A stretch of DNA of 64,000 nucleotides from positions 75,883 through 139,882 of IMG/VR virus record IMGVR_UViG_3300046820_002568. One strand, written 5' to 3'. This DNA is from a virus. The position numbers and the translations under genes were made by a program. Under the pieces are notes generated by a model. That model searched no databases and was not told the DNA's origin. It saw only the letters and a list, made by a program, of their open reading frames with translations. Positions 21,388-30,183 of this stretch are shown here, piece by piece (positions within the stretch are counted from its first letter, which is position 1; every line of letters starts with the position of its first letter).

Positions 21388-21485
21388 TATTTCTTTATTT
21401 TATTTAATAAATTAGTAGACCAAAGTATTAATATATAGATACAGGATATAGTAAAATACTTTAATTTCTTTATCCAAATCTTCAT
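21387..21485 (-). CDS. Putative 32-aa single-pass membrane peptide
   Basis: Not in ORF track. MKIWIKKLKYFTISCIYILILWSTNLLNKIKK; its stop overlaps the recombinase start (TAATG). Confidence 0.45.
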   Translation of the reverse strand: MKIWIKKLKYFTISCIYILILWSTNLLNKIKK

Positions 21486-21515
21486 ATATTAAAATTAAAT
21501 TATCTACAAATTAAA

Positions 21516-21740
21516 TTAGTTGTATTTTACAATTTGTTGCAATGCTTCGCTTTTATCTTTTGCGTTTGCATATTTTTCAACCATTTTATCCATTTCTTCC
21601 AAGTGTTGTGGGTGTTCTCCAATTCCAACAGGATTATTAAAATATACCAAAAGTGTTGCCTCAGCTTCATTCATTTCAGAAGCATATTTGCTCATAAGAG
21701 CATCATAAAGTTTTTTTGAGATTTTTTCTTGAGTTGTCAT
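21516..21740 (-). CDS. Small phage hypothetical protein (VGIGEHP motif)
   Basis: Start more likely ATG 21740, since ATG 21767 lies inside the terminator; NPVGIGEHPQ. Confidence 0.7.
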   Translation of the reverse strand: MTTQEKISKKLYDALMSKYASEMNEAEATLLVYFNNPVGIGEHPQHLEEMDKMVEKYANAKDKSEALQQIVKYN

Positions 21741-21753
21741 TTTATAGTAGTAT

Positions 21754-21782
21754 AAAGGCCACCCCATATTTCAGGGGTAGCC
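21754..21782 (-). terminator. Intrinsic terminator after SSB
   Basis: GGCTACCCC-TGAAATAT-GGGGTGGCC followed by TTT. Confidence 0.7.
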
Positions 21783-21802
21783 AAGTTAATATTAAATTTT
21801 AA

Positions 21803-22636
21803 TTAGAAGGGAAGGTCACCATCAGGTTCGTCTCCGGCTTGTGGGTCAGAAATTGTTCCACCCATAGTCATTTCACCTGATTCATCACCGTAAACATATT
21901 TACCAAGTTCAGAAGACCATCTTGGAGTTTCACCACGAGCAATTGCCTCCAAGTATTCTACAGGCTTTTTAGAATAAACATCTTTCCAAGTCAGTTCATC
22001 TTTAACCCAAGAGTCCATAGTTTCTTTGTCTTCGTGAAGTGGGGTTGGGTCATCATACATTACAGTTTGGATAACTGTGTACTCAATACCTTTTGGAGTC
22101 TTTGCCTTTGTGAGTTCCAAAATCAAATCTCGTCCTTTTTCAGGGTCAGTGATATCACCTTTGGCTCTCCAAATCGGAATGATTTTGTCAAGGATACCTT
22201 CGTTCTTGTAGTTGTGTTTAAAACGCCAGAACTTAACTCCGTCCTCAGGTGCGTCTTTGTCAATTACTTTAACAATGTAGAATTTACGAGCCTTATATTG
22301 TTTTGCAAGTTCCTTATCAGAAGCCTTACCTGTCATCATAAGTTCATCGTGAATCTCATTAAGTGGTGAACGCTCGTTGTCGTTTTTACCTGGGTCATAG
22401 ATTTTATTCCATTTTCCAGCCACTTGTACTTCGTGAAACCATACTTCTTTAAACGGAGATGAGCCGTCAGTGGTTGGTAGGACTCGAAGTCGCTTTTGCC
22501 CTGTTGATTTTCCTTGTGGTAGAATTGCCGCGAAGTACTTCTTCATTCGGTCTTCTTGTGAGATTTTACTACCACCTGTGTTTGATTTCGCTTTTTCATA
22601 CTGAGCGAGAACAGCATCTAAAGAATTTGTCGCCAT
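21803..22636 (-). CDS. Single-stranded DNA-binding protein (gp32-like)
   Basis: RLRVLP...PFKEVWFH, DITDPEKGRDL, acidic tail ending DGDLPF. Confidence 0.85.
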   Translation of the reverse strand: MATNSLDAVLAQYEKAKSNTGGSKISQEDRMKKYFAAILPQGKSTGQKRLRVLPTTDGSSPFKEVWFHEVQVAGKWNKIYDPGKNDNERSPLNEIHDELMMTGKASDKELAKQYKARKFYIVKVIDKDAPEDGVKFWRFKHNYKNEGILDKIIPIWRAKGDITDPEKGRDLILELTKAKTPKGIEYTVIQTVMYDDPTPLHEDKETMDSWVKDELTWKDVYSKKPVEYLEAIARGETPRWSSELGKYVYGDESGEMTMGGTISDPQAGDEPDGDLPF

Positions 22637-22661
22637 AAAATATAATTTAAAAGTTAATAAA

Positions 22662-22693
22662 CAAAAGTAAGTGTGTCAGCCTTAAAAGTCAAA
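22662..22693 (-). promoter_or_regulatory. Bacteroidota sigma70-type promoter (-33 TTTG / -7 TACTTTTG)
   Basis: TTTG-N20-TACTTTTG matches the TTTG-N19..21-TAnnTTTG consensus; heads the SSB/replication operon. Confidence 0.8.
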
Positions 22694-22704
22694 TATCGTA
22701 TCTA

Positions 22705-23361
22705 TTAATACTTAATTTCTTTAAAATCTCCCTCTTCTCCGTAGTTGTTAAAAGTTCCTTTAATTTCTGCCGGAGTATAATCCTCAACCTCATCTGTAGT
22801 TAAAACATATTCATTTTTTCCTGATTTTTCCATATCAGATTGTTTGTCAGTAAAAAAATCAGTAAGTTTTTGATTAAACGGACCCGAGTCAATACTTCTT
22901 AATTCAAGTTTTTCTTCAGGTGTCTTTGGTCTGTATTTTTCAATTTTAGCCTCAAGCTCATTAAGTTTTGACATAACATTATCCATCTCTGAAAGTTTTT
23001 GTTCCAAATTAGATAGCTGTCCAAATAAATTGTTAAAATATTCTTCTTGTTTTGACTCAATGTTTTGTTGTGATTTAACAAGGTCGGTGATTTCTAACTC
23101 TTCTGTAGAATCTTCCTCTTCCCCAATTTTTTCAACATCAGGGTCTGCCGCAACATCCACAGGTTGTGGGCTATCATCCGATGCCGGAGTTGGTGTTACG
23201 CCTGGCTCGGCAGGTGGAGCCCCTTCAGGTGCCGGTGGTACATCACCACCAGGTGTTGGTAATTCCTCAGCTGGAGGTAATTCAGCCTCCTGCTCAGATA
23301 TATAATTATTAATTTTATTATATCTATTAAGTTCTTCAAGAATTGTGTTAGAAATGTCCAT
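22705..23361 (-). CDS. Acidic Pro-rich coiled-coil protein, possible scaffold/internal head protein
   Basis: 218 aa; ILEE/ISE leader, PA/PE-rich linker, coiled coil. Confidence 0.5.
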   Translation of the reverse strand: MDISNTILEELNRYNKINNYISEQEAELPPAEELPTPGGDVPPAPEGAPPAEPGVTPTPASDDSPQPVDVAADPDVEKIGEEEDSTEELEITDLVKSQQNIESKQEEYFNNLFGQLSNLEQKLSEMDNVMSKLNELEAKIEKYRPKTPEEKLELRSIDSGPFNQKLTDFFTDKQSDMEKSGKNEYVLTTDEVEDYTPAEIKGTFNNYGEEGDFKEIKY

Positions 23362-23365
23362 TTAA

Positions 23366-23590
23366 TTATCCGTTTAAAAGTTGCTTTATACCTGATTTGG
23401 TTTCAACATTGATTTTTCTATTTGAATTGTAGGTGTTGTCCACTCTTTCAATCAGACCATCTTTCATTCTAATTGTGTAGCAATCGCCAGTATCCAAATC
23501 ACAAACTTCTTTAAATCCGTTACCGGCATCTCTTTCTGTAATTCTTGTTTGACGACCTAAGTAGTTGTCTAAGATTTGTTTTACATCCAT
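23366..23590 (-). CDS. Hypothetical protein (74 aa)
   Basis: ORF with TATTTAT upstream; EVCDLDTGDCY. Confidence 0.65.
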   Translation of the reverse strand: MDVKQILDNYLGRQTRITERDAGNGFKEVCDLDTGDCYTIRMKDGLIERVDNTYNSNRKINVETKSGIKQLLNG

Positions 23591-23605
23591 AGTATTAATT
23601 TATAT

Positions 23606-23612
23606 ATAAATA
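23606..23612 (-). promoter_or_regulatory. Putative late promoter TATTTAT
   Basis: 15 nt upstream of ATG 23590. Confidence 0.6.
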
Positions 23613-23630
23613 TAGTGTTTATGAATAAAA

Positions 23631-26600
23631 TTAACCAGTTAATCTTGCTTTAACTAAATTGTAGGATTCTCTTACCTTTCTTTCCAATTCATTATATTCA
23701 CTTGGATTTGTTGTTTTAAATGTGTCATATAAATTTGTAGTAGTACTTGTTTTATCGTATGGGAATTTTTCAATCCAAGTTCTTGTAAATCCACTTACAA
23801 ATATATTTTCCGCGGATACATTATTTGCCGAATCTTGGAATACATTTTTATATTTGCTATGTGTAAATTCTATACAATTATCCAAAGTTGGGAAAGTCGC
23901 ATAAGATTCGGTTTCATTTGACGGTCCATTTATACACATATATTCTTTATTGAAGAATTTACTCAGGTCTCCTCCCCATTTTGGTGTACCTGGAGAAATT
24001 GGTATTAGTGGAACATTATTACCATAATATTCAAAAGATGTTCCTTTATAGGATTTGATATAGAATAAAGTATGAACAATATAAGTCATTGAATCTCCTG
24101 TGTTACTTCCAAAATTAAGTTCTCTTACCTTGGTTAATATTGAATCAAACATATTCCTAACTGGCGTCTGACTACTAACAGGAGTTGTAACGGCTGAATA
24201 TGAAGCATAACTAACTCCTACTGTACAAATTGGATTTGCCGTAGGTGAGTAATTTGGGCTAATTGCATTTGCAACATTACTTCTAGCCTGAATAGTATTT
24301 GTCTCAAGTCGTTTTTGATTTTCTCTCTTAGTTGTTAAGTTATTAATTAACTTAGTTACAAACTGACTTTTAATTGTTTCTAATAATTTGTTTTCGACCG
24401 GAGGGGTATAAGTTTTTTGTCTAGTTCCAACAACTTTAGTTGTAAAACTACCATTTGTTATTACATGTTCAACCTCAGTAACTAAATATGGTCCGGCAAA
24501 TAATGGCATATGTTTTATGATTATATACATCATTGGTTGAATCATCATGTTACCCATCATGGTAATTGTTGATTTATATGCCCTTGTTTTGTATATCTTT
24601 AACAAACTAACACTTTGTGTCAAAGTATTTGTACCTCTCATAACATTTCCAAGTTCATAATCAGCTTTTAATGATTCAGAAGTTGCTTTACCCAAATCTT
24701 GGGATACTTGTATTGTTTGAAATATTCCTTGATTTTGGACTCCAAAATCGGCAACAATTCCTACTGGTTTATTAGACAAAGACCAATCATTTTTACTTTC
24801 CTTTAACGATAAATTCTCAACTACCGGATTGTTTGTTGGTTGCTCAAAGTTCCAACTATCATCATTAAATCCATTTTTAATATTAACAACATTAAGTTGT
24901 TCAGAACTAGTTTCGGCATAATAACAAACCAATTTTGTTTTAGATTGCGAATAATCCACTTCGGTAAAAGTTCCAAACATAGAATTAGCAAAAGATTCTT
25001 CATTTTCATCGTTTCTAGAATCCCCAGCATTTGGAGCTCCATAAAAATTTAAATAACTAGGTAAATTGTATGGAACAAAGTGATGGTCTCTAACAATTTT
25101 ATCAGTAAGATTATGAATTGTCATTTTAGGATTATCTTTTAACAATGAAATTATCGAGAAGATATCGACAATAACTTTACCTCCTAAATTCTTACTACCT
25201 CTATCCAACAAAAGTATGTCTTCAAACATGGTTTCTTTGTTGTAGTTATTTGCAGCAACCCATTTATCGTTAAGTGCCTTAAACAAATAGTAATATTCAA
25301 ATTTAGTAGTTTCGCCAGTTGTTTTTGAGTTATCCTCATTTGTTGTAGTATTTTTAACAGTCTGAAGTGAGTATTGTAATTTAGTATACATTCCATCAAA
25401 TACTAAATCTCTAAAGCTATTCATTTCATCAATGAATTGGGTCATAATAACTGCAAATCTTTCTTTGTTAGTTACATTACCAAGATACTTTTGGGTCGCA
25501 TAGATTTTAATTACATTGGCAAATCTTATAATATTTTCAGAATTAAATGCAATATTCATATCTGGAAAAAAGTCAGTAATTACTGAACTGTCTCCATAAT
25601 ATCCAACCCCACTTAATGAGGAGAATCCAACATATGTTTGTAATGTTACCCAAGCCTCAGGATAATCTAATTGTGATTGTAAAAACGATTGTGTGTTTCC
25701 CGAATAAGGAACTGAATCCGGTGTATTGTCTGTATAATTTAAAACACCATCATCAACACCTTTTAGCGGGTTGGTTGAAAAATAACTAAAAGTTCTATAA
25801 TCAAAATTAGTTGGATTACCCTTTTGATATAAAATATTTTCATTTATATAAGTGTTAATGTTAGAATTAAAATTAACTTGTTGTGTCTTTTGAAATTTCT
25901 CCAATAATTTATTTGGGTCGGTATCATTAAAATCATCAAAACTAACTTGGATAGAATTTTTTATAATCGACTGAATGTTAAATTTAGAAGTAGTTCTTTG
26001 TTCTGATTGACAAAAATTTAAAAATTCGTTTTCAAATAAAGATAATTCTTCATAGGTAAATACACCAAATAAATCTTCAACATAGTCGAGTTGTCCGCTT
26101 TCATTACTTGAGTTTAAAAATAAATTCCAAGCCCATTCATTATTTCTTGTCCAAGAAATATATTGGTCAGGTGGACTAAATCTATTTATTGTTGGCATGT
26201 AACCAAAATGAGTTCCACCCCATAAGAATCTGACAGACCCATTAAACACATATTGATTTCCGACTATTGGTGTAGTTAAAACTCCTTGGGAAATACACTC
26301 GCTTTTTACTTGGCTATATTGTGAGCCAAACGAAGGTGCCGAATAATAATAATTTAAGTTATTACCATCAGTTATAGGATTAATATTTTTAAATAAAACA
26401 CTAAAAGTCGAATACAAAAGCAAATTGTTTGGGTTATTTGGGTCATATCCGGTTTCTGTACTAAATTGTGAGTTTCTATTTGAAATCAGTTTTAAGTTTC
26501 CACTGTCTATCTCTAATTGTATTCCTTCTTGGATGGTCGCATCGTTACTATAAAGATTTCTACCATTCAAAAAATAAAAAAAGTCATTTAGTATCCTTGG

Positions 26601-29600
26601 GTAAAATCCAACATTAATTATATCATTATTAAGTAAATTAGTATCAACTTCTGTTGCCGACAATTTGATTGTAAAGTTTTCAGTGGTTGATGTAAATTTA
26701 TACATTCTTGCTGGGTCTGAATTCTGAGGGTCATAGTTTGAGTTTTGGTCAAAATCTCCAACCACATCACTTAGAATGTCCACATTATTTTCAATCCAAA
26801 CTTTATATCTATGCCAAATACTTCCTATTTTGGCAGCCCACATTTTTGGTATATTGTGAACCGCCCCATATTTTTTAAAAGTTGATGCAATATAACTATT
26901 TGTGGTATCGTCAGAATTTCTGTAGGGCCATTTTAAATTAGTTAAAGGTAAACTATTTAAAAACAAATAACCCGCTTGGACATAAGGACTTGGTGAATTG
27001 TTTTTATCATTTTGTACTCCATTTTGTATAGCCCTTATAAAAGATGGAGTATTCAACATAGAAGTGGTAATTGATTTGGTATCAACTTCACTTGTATAAA
27101 ATGTAACTCTTCCCTCAGTATATGATGATTTTTTTGGTTCAGATACTCGTTCACTAAAAAAACCAGCCATATTAGTTTTAACTTTTTCTTCATAAGGAAT
27201 TACTGAACTTGTACTTACAAAGTAATTAAATGGTCTATTCTTGTCATTATCCCCCCTTCCGTCTAATGCAAAATCTGAAGTATAATTTACAAGTTTTTTT
27301 GTTTTTTTATTATAAAAAAGTGATTTTTCAGTTCTAAAAACTTTGTCAATAGTGTAGTTATTATTACCCTGGAAGAGTTGGTCTTTATTCCATTTTTCCG
27401 ATGCAAAAGGTAATATATCTGTAAAATATAAAGAATTTTTATCTGTAGATTTTAAATACTTATTAATTGTGTCCTCGACTTCAGATGGTTTAGTTTCTGT
27501 AATAATAGAAGCAACAATTTCTGGTAATTCTTGTGAAAGAAATTTGGAATTATTATTTAAATCATTTTTTAAATAACTTGTAGTGTAAATTCCTCTTGAT
27601 AACAATTCGTATGACTTTGGTGTGTTCTGAGATAAAAATTCTAAGAAATTATCAGGAGTAAATTTATACTCCTTTAAAAAATCAATCAATTCAGGACTAT
27701 TGGTTCCGATTGCTGTTTTTATATTACTAGCCTCAAACGCTTCTAAAAAATTAAGGATGTCTCCATACTTGCTTAATCTTGAGAACCCTTGATAATGGCA
27801 GATTGCTTGTACTCTTTCCCACATTTCGTATAGAAAAGGGGTTTGTTGTAAAAAAGAATATGAAATATTGCTTGGGGTATCGAATGCTGAAATTAATAGC
27901 CTTTTTATTGAATTCGCATCACTAACTGCATTACTTGAGTTAACATTTTTGGGTAACCTTTCTAAATAAGCCTTTTGAAATTCTTCAACAAACTCTACTT
28001 CAGGCCAAGATTCATAATCATCAGCACCTGTTTCATTAATATAATCAGGGTCACCAGGATATCTTAAATCATATTTTGGTTCACCTTCGACTAATATTTG
28101 TTTATCATACTCAGGCCATGGATAAACTGGTGAATCAGGTTCTTGTTTAACATCAGTTATTACCGCTTGTTTTTTCTTAGAATTATTTCTAGCCTCAAAA
28201 GCCCTTTTATGAACTTTATCTAACATTCTTAAAAACGCATCAGTTGATGCGTAAATTACTGCCAAAATATTTCTAATATTGGGCTCAAAACCAATACCTT
28301 TATCAGATTTAATAATCTCATTAATCTGAGCAGTAATATTTCTTTCTATATCTTCTGATTGTACAGTTAAACTTTTTTTAATTTTATTAATTTCATCTAA
28401 AAAAAAACCATCCCCATCAAATCTAAATAGAAAAGGAATTTCAACAGGATTTTTTGGTGGTTCAGATTTACTTCTGAGTTCCTCAATTTGTCTTCTAGTT
28501 TCATCCAAACTTCTTAACTCAGTTGCAATTATATTCAATTGAGAGTTAGTTGGTGATTTCGTTGCGAACCTTTCCTTGGCGGTTTCTAAAATATCAATAG
28601 TTCCAGGATTTGGTAAATAATAAGGTGTTGCAGCAATTGATGAAAATTTTATGTTGACGGGTATTTGTCTATCCCCATTACTTTTTGTACCAAATGTAGG
28701 TGCCTCATCTAAAGTTTTATTGTTATCGTCAATTAAAGTTTTTAACTTATTTATCGCATCGTCAAATTTTAAATTATCAAATATATTTTTAGTATATGTA
28801 TAGACCTTATATCGATTACCTTTATCTAAAATTACATAATATTTTTTAGTATCAAGGTACTCTTCTTTCCACGATAATGGGTTTTTTGAGAAGAAAATAT
28901 TTTGAGCGTAATTTGTCAAAAGATTATCAAATTCCTTAGCGTCGGTAATTGGTTTTGTTGATACTTGTCCTAATAATTCTTGGTAGTTTTTTTCAAAATT
29001 TTGTAGTCTTGACACCAACTCATTAATTGTCAGGTTGGGAAAACTTTGTTCAACTAACCCTAATTCTTTATATTTTGAATAAACCTGATTAATCGTATCC
29101 CTACCTTCTGTCCCAAATGAAGATTCAATTCTAACATCATTTCCATTTAATTGGTCAACCGATGCCTGCTCAGGTCCATTTGGGTCGACTTGAACGCTTT
29201 GGTTAAGTTGTCTTTGATACATAAATGGAACTGACATTAAATAACCTAAGGTAATGTCATTTAATGCATTAAATTTATATCCAATAAATGAAAGATTAAT
29301 TATGAAATTACCTGATGTTTGGTCTAATGATGCTAAAAATTTTTGTAGTATTAGTGGCATTCTAATAGCCTTCCCATAATAACCTTTTAAAGTTAAATAA
29401 AAAGTAGGATATGGAAGATTAAAAAATGCCGAGTATACTGATTCGTCTCCCGACTCAAACAAAGCCCTACCTTTAATATCTTCTAATGTTATATTAACTT
29501 GGGGTGTGAAATCTTGAGAGGCTCTATAAGTAATATTCGTAATACCAAGTAATTCACTATTAACTGTATTTGGATTAGAGTATTCACTCTGTAATTCTGT

Positions 29601-29870
29601 CCAATTAGTTGTTAGATAATCTTGGTCATTTGGTTTTAAAAAATTTATTTTAGCAATACCAACGGTTTCCAATGTTTGTGAATCTTCACCTGAAAGTAAC
29701 CTGCTTCTTGGTTGTATATTACATTCCAAATTAGCATACATTACCAAATTTTCTTGTTCGACATTTCTATCTTCAGGAAATCCATTTTCATTGATAATCT
29801 TGTTTGGGTCAATTACAATAACATTATCGAATGCTTTATTGTATATTACTCTTTTAGAACTACTTGCCAT
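23631..29870 (-). CDS. Large baseplate hub-like protein with a degenerate C-terminal lysozyme-like domain
   Basis: 2079 aa; follows LysM; ITMMGNMMIQPMMY...FAGPYLVTEVEHVI is typical of gp27/gpD-like hub C-termini. Confidence 0.65.
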   Translation of the reverse strand: MASSSKRVIYNKAFDNVIVIDPNKIINENGFPEDRNVEQENLVMYANLECNIQPRSRLLSGEDSQTLETVGIAKINFLKPNDQDYLTTNWTELQSEYSNPNTVNSELLGITNITYRASQDFTPQVNITLEDIKGRALFESGDESVYSAFFNLPYPTFYLTLKGYYGKAIRMPLILQKFLASLDQTSGNFIINLSFIGYKFNALNDITLGYLMSVPFMYQRQLNQSVQVDPNGPEQASVDQLNGNDVRIESSFGTEGRDTINQVYSKYKELGLVEQSFPNLTINELVSRLQNFEKNYQELLGQVSTKPITDAKEFDNLLTNYAQNIFFSKNPLSWKEEYLDTKKYYVILDKGNRYKVYTYTKNIFDNLKFDDAINKLKTLIDDNNKTLDEAPTFGTKSNGDRQIPVNIKFSSIAATPYYLPNPGTIDILETAKERFATKSPTNSQLNIIATELRSLDETRRQIEELRSKSEPPKNPVEIPFLFRFDGDGFFLDEINKIKKSLTVQSEDIERNITAQINEIIKSDKGIGFEPNIRNILAVIYASTDAFLRMLDKVHKRAFEARNNSKKKQAVITDVKQEPDSPVYPWPEYDKQILVEGEPKYDLRYPGDPDYINETGADDYESWPEVEFVEEFQKAYLERLPKNVNSSNAVSDANSIKRLLISAFDTPSNISYSFLQQTPFLYEMWERVQAICHYQGFSRLSKYGDILNFLEAFEASNIKTAIGTNSPELIDFLKEYKFTPDNFLEFLSQNTPKSYELLSRGIYTTSYLKNDLNNNSKFLSQELPEIVASIITETKPSEVEDTINKYLKSTDKNSLYFTDILPFASEKWNKDQLFQGNNNYTIDKVFRTEKSLFYNKKTKKLVNYTSDFALDGRGDNDKNRPFNYFVSTSSVIPYEEKVKTNMAGFFSERVSEPKKSSYTEGRVTFYTSEVDTKSITTSMLNTPSFIRAIQNGVQNDKNNSPSPYVQAGYLFLNSLPLTNLKWPYRNSDDTTNSYIASTFKKYGAVHNIPKMWAAKIGSIWHRYKVWIENNVDILSDVVGDFDQNSNYDPQNSDPARMYKFTSTTENFTIKLSATEVDTNLLNNDIINVGFYPRILNDFFYFLNGRNLYSNDATIQEGIQLEIDSGNLKLISNRNSQFSTETGYDPNNPNNLLLYSTFSVLFKNINPITDGNNLNYYYSAPSFGSQYSQVKSECISQGVLTTPIVGNQYVFNGSVRFLWGGTHFGYMPTINRFSPPDQYISWTRNNEWAWNLFLNSSNESGQLDYVEDLFGVFTYEELSLFENEFLNFCQSEQRTTSKFNIQSIIKNSIQVSFDDFNDTDPNKLLEKFQKTQQVNFNSNINTYINENILYQKGNPTNFDYRTFSYFSTNPLKGVDDGVLNYTDNTPDSVPYSGNTQSFLQSQLDYPEAWVTLQTYVGFSSLSGVGYYGDSSVITDFFPDMNIAFNSENIIRFANVIKIYATQKYLGNVTNKERFAVIMTQFIDEMNSFRDLVFDGMYTKLQYSLQTVKNTTTNEDNSKTTGETTKFEYYYLFKALNDKWVAANNYNKETMFEDILLLDRGSKNLGGKVIVDIFSIISLLKDNPKMTIHNLTDKIVRDHHFVPYNLPSYLNFYGAPNAGDSRNDENEESFANSMFGTFTEVDYSQSKTKLVCYYAETSSEQLNVVNIKNGFNDDSWNFEQPTNNPVVENLSLKESKNDWSLSNKPVGIVADFGVQNQGIFQTIQVSQDLGKATSESLKADYELGNVMRGTNTLTQSVSLLKIYKTRAYKSTITMMGNMMIQPMMYIIIKHMPLFAGPYLVTEVEHVITNGSFTTKVVGTRQKTYTPPVENKLLETIKSQFVTKLINNLTTKRENQKRLETNTIQARSNVANAISPNYSPTANPICTVGVSYASYSAVTTPVSSQTPVRNMFDSILTKVRELNFGSNTGDSMTYIVHTLFYIKSYKGTSFEYYGNNVPLIPISPGTPKWGGDLSKFFNKEYMCINGPSNETESYATFPTLDNCIEFTHSKYKNVFQDSANNVSAENIFVSGFTRTWIEKFPYDKTSTTTNLYDTFKTTNPSEYNELERKVRESYNLVKARLTG

Positions 29871-30183
29871 AATAATAGAAATGTGTTTGAAGCGCTGTCT
29901 TATAATCTAAAAGAGAAGCAGTTAAAGGAAAGGGTATTTTAAGTGTAGTATTGTTTGGTATATTAACTTCAGAACCACCATATTCAGGATTTGCTTGTAG
30001 AATTAACCAACCAAAATAAGGTGAGCCATAATAAGTTTGCGATACCTTATCTAGTCTTGAAACTCCAATTCTATAAATGTACATTTTATCTGTACTTTTG
30101 GGCGGCAATGTTACATATGGTATATTAATTTGACTACCATTAACTATTAAATTATTGTATCTATTATAGTATTGAAATGGCAT
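29860..30183 (-). CDS. LysM-like baseplate protein (gp53 / tail X-like)
   Basis: RLDKVSQTYYGSPYFGWLILQANP...LKIP. Confidence 0.85.
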   Translation of the reverse strand: MPFQYYNRYNNLIVNGSQINIPYVTLPPKSTDKMYIYRIGVSRLDKVSQTYYGSPYFGWLILQANPEYGGSEVNIPNNTTLKIPFPLTASLLDYKTALQTHFYYYGK

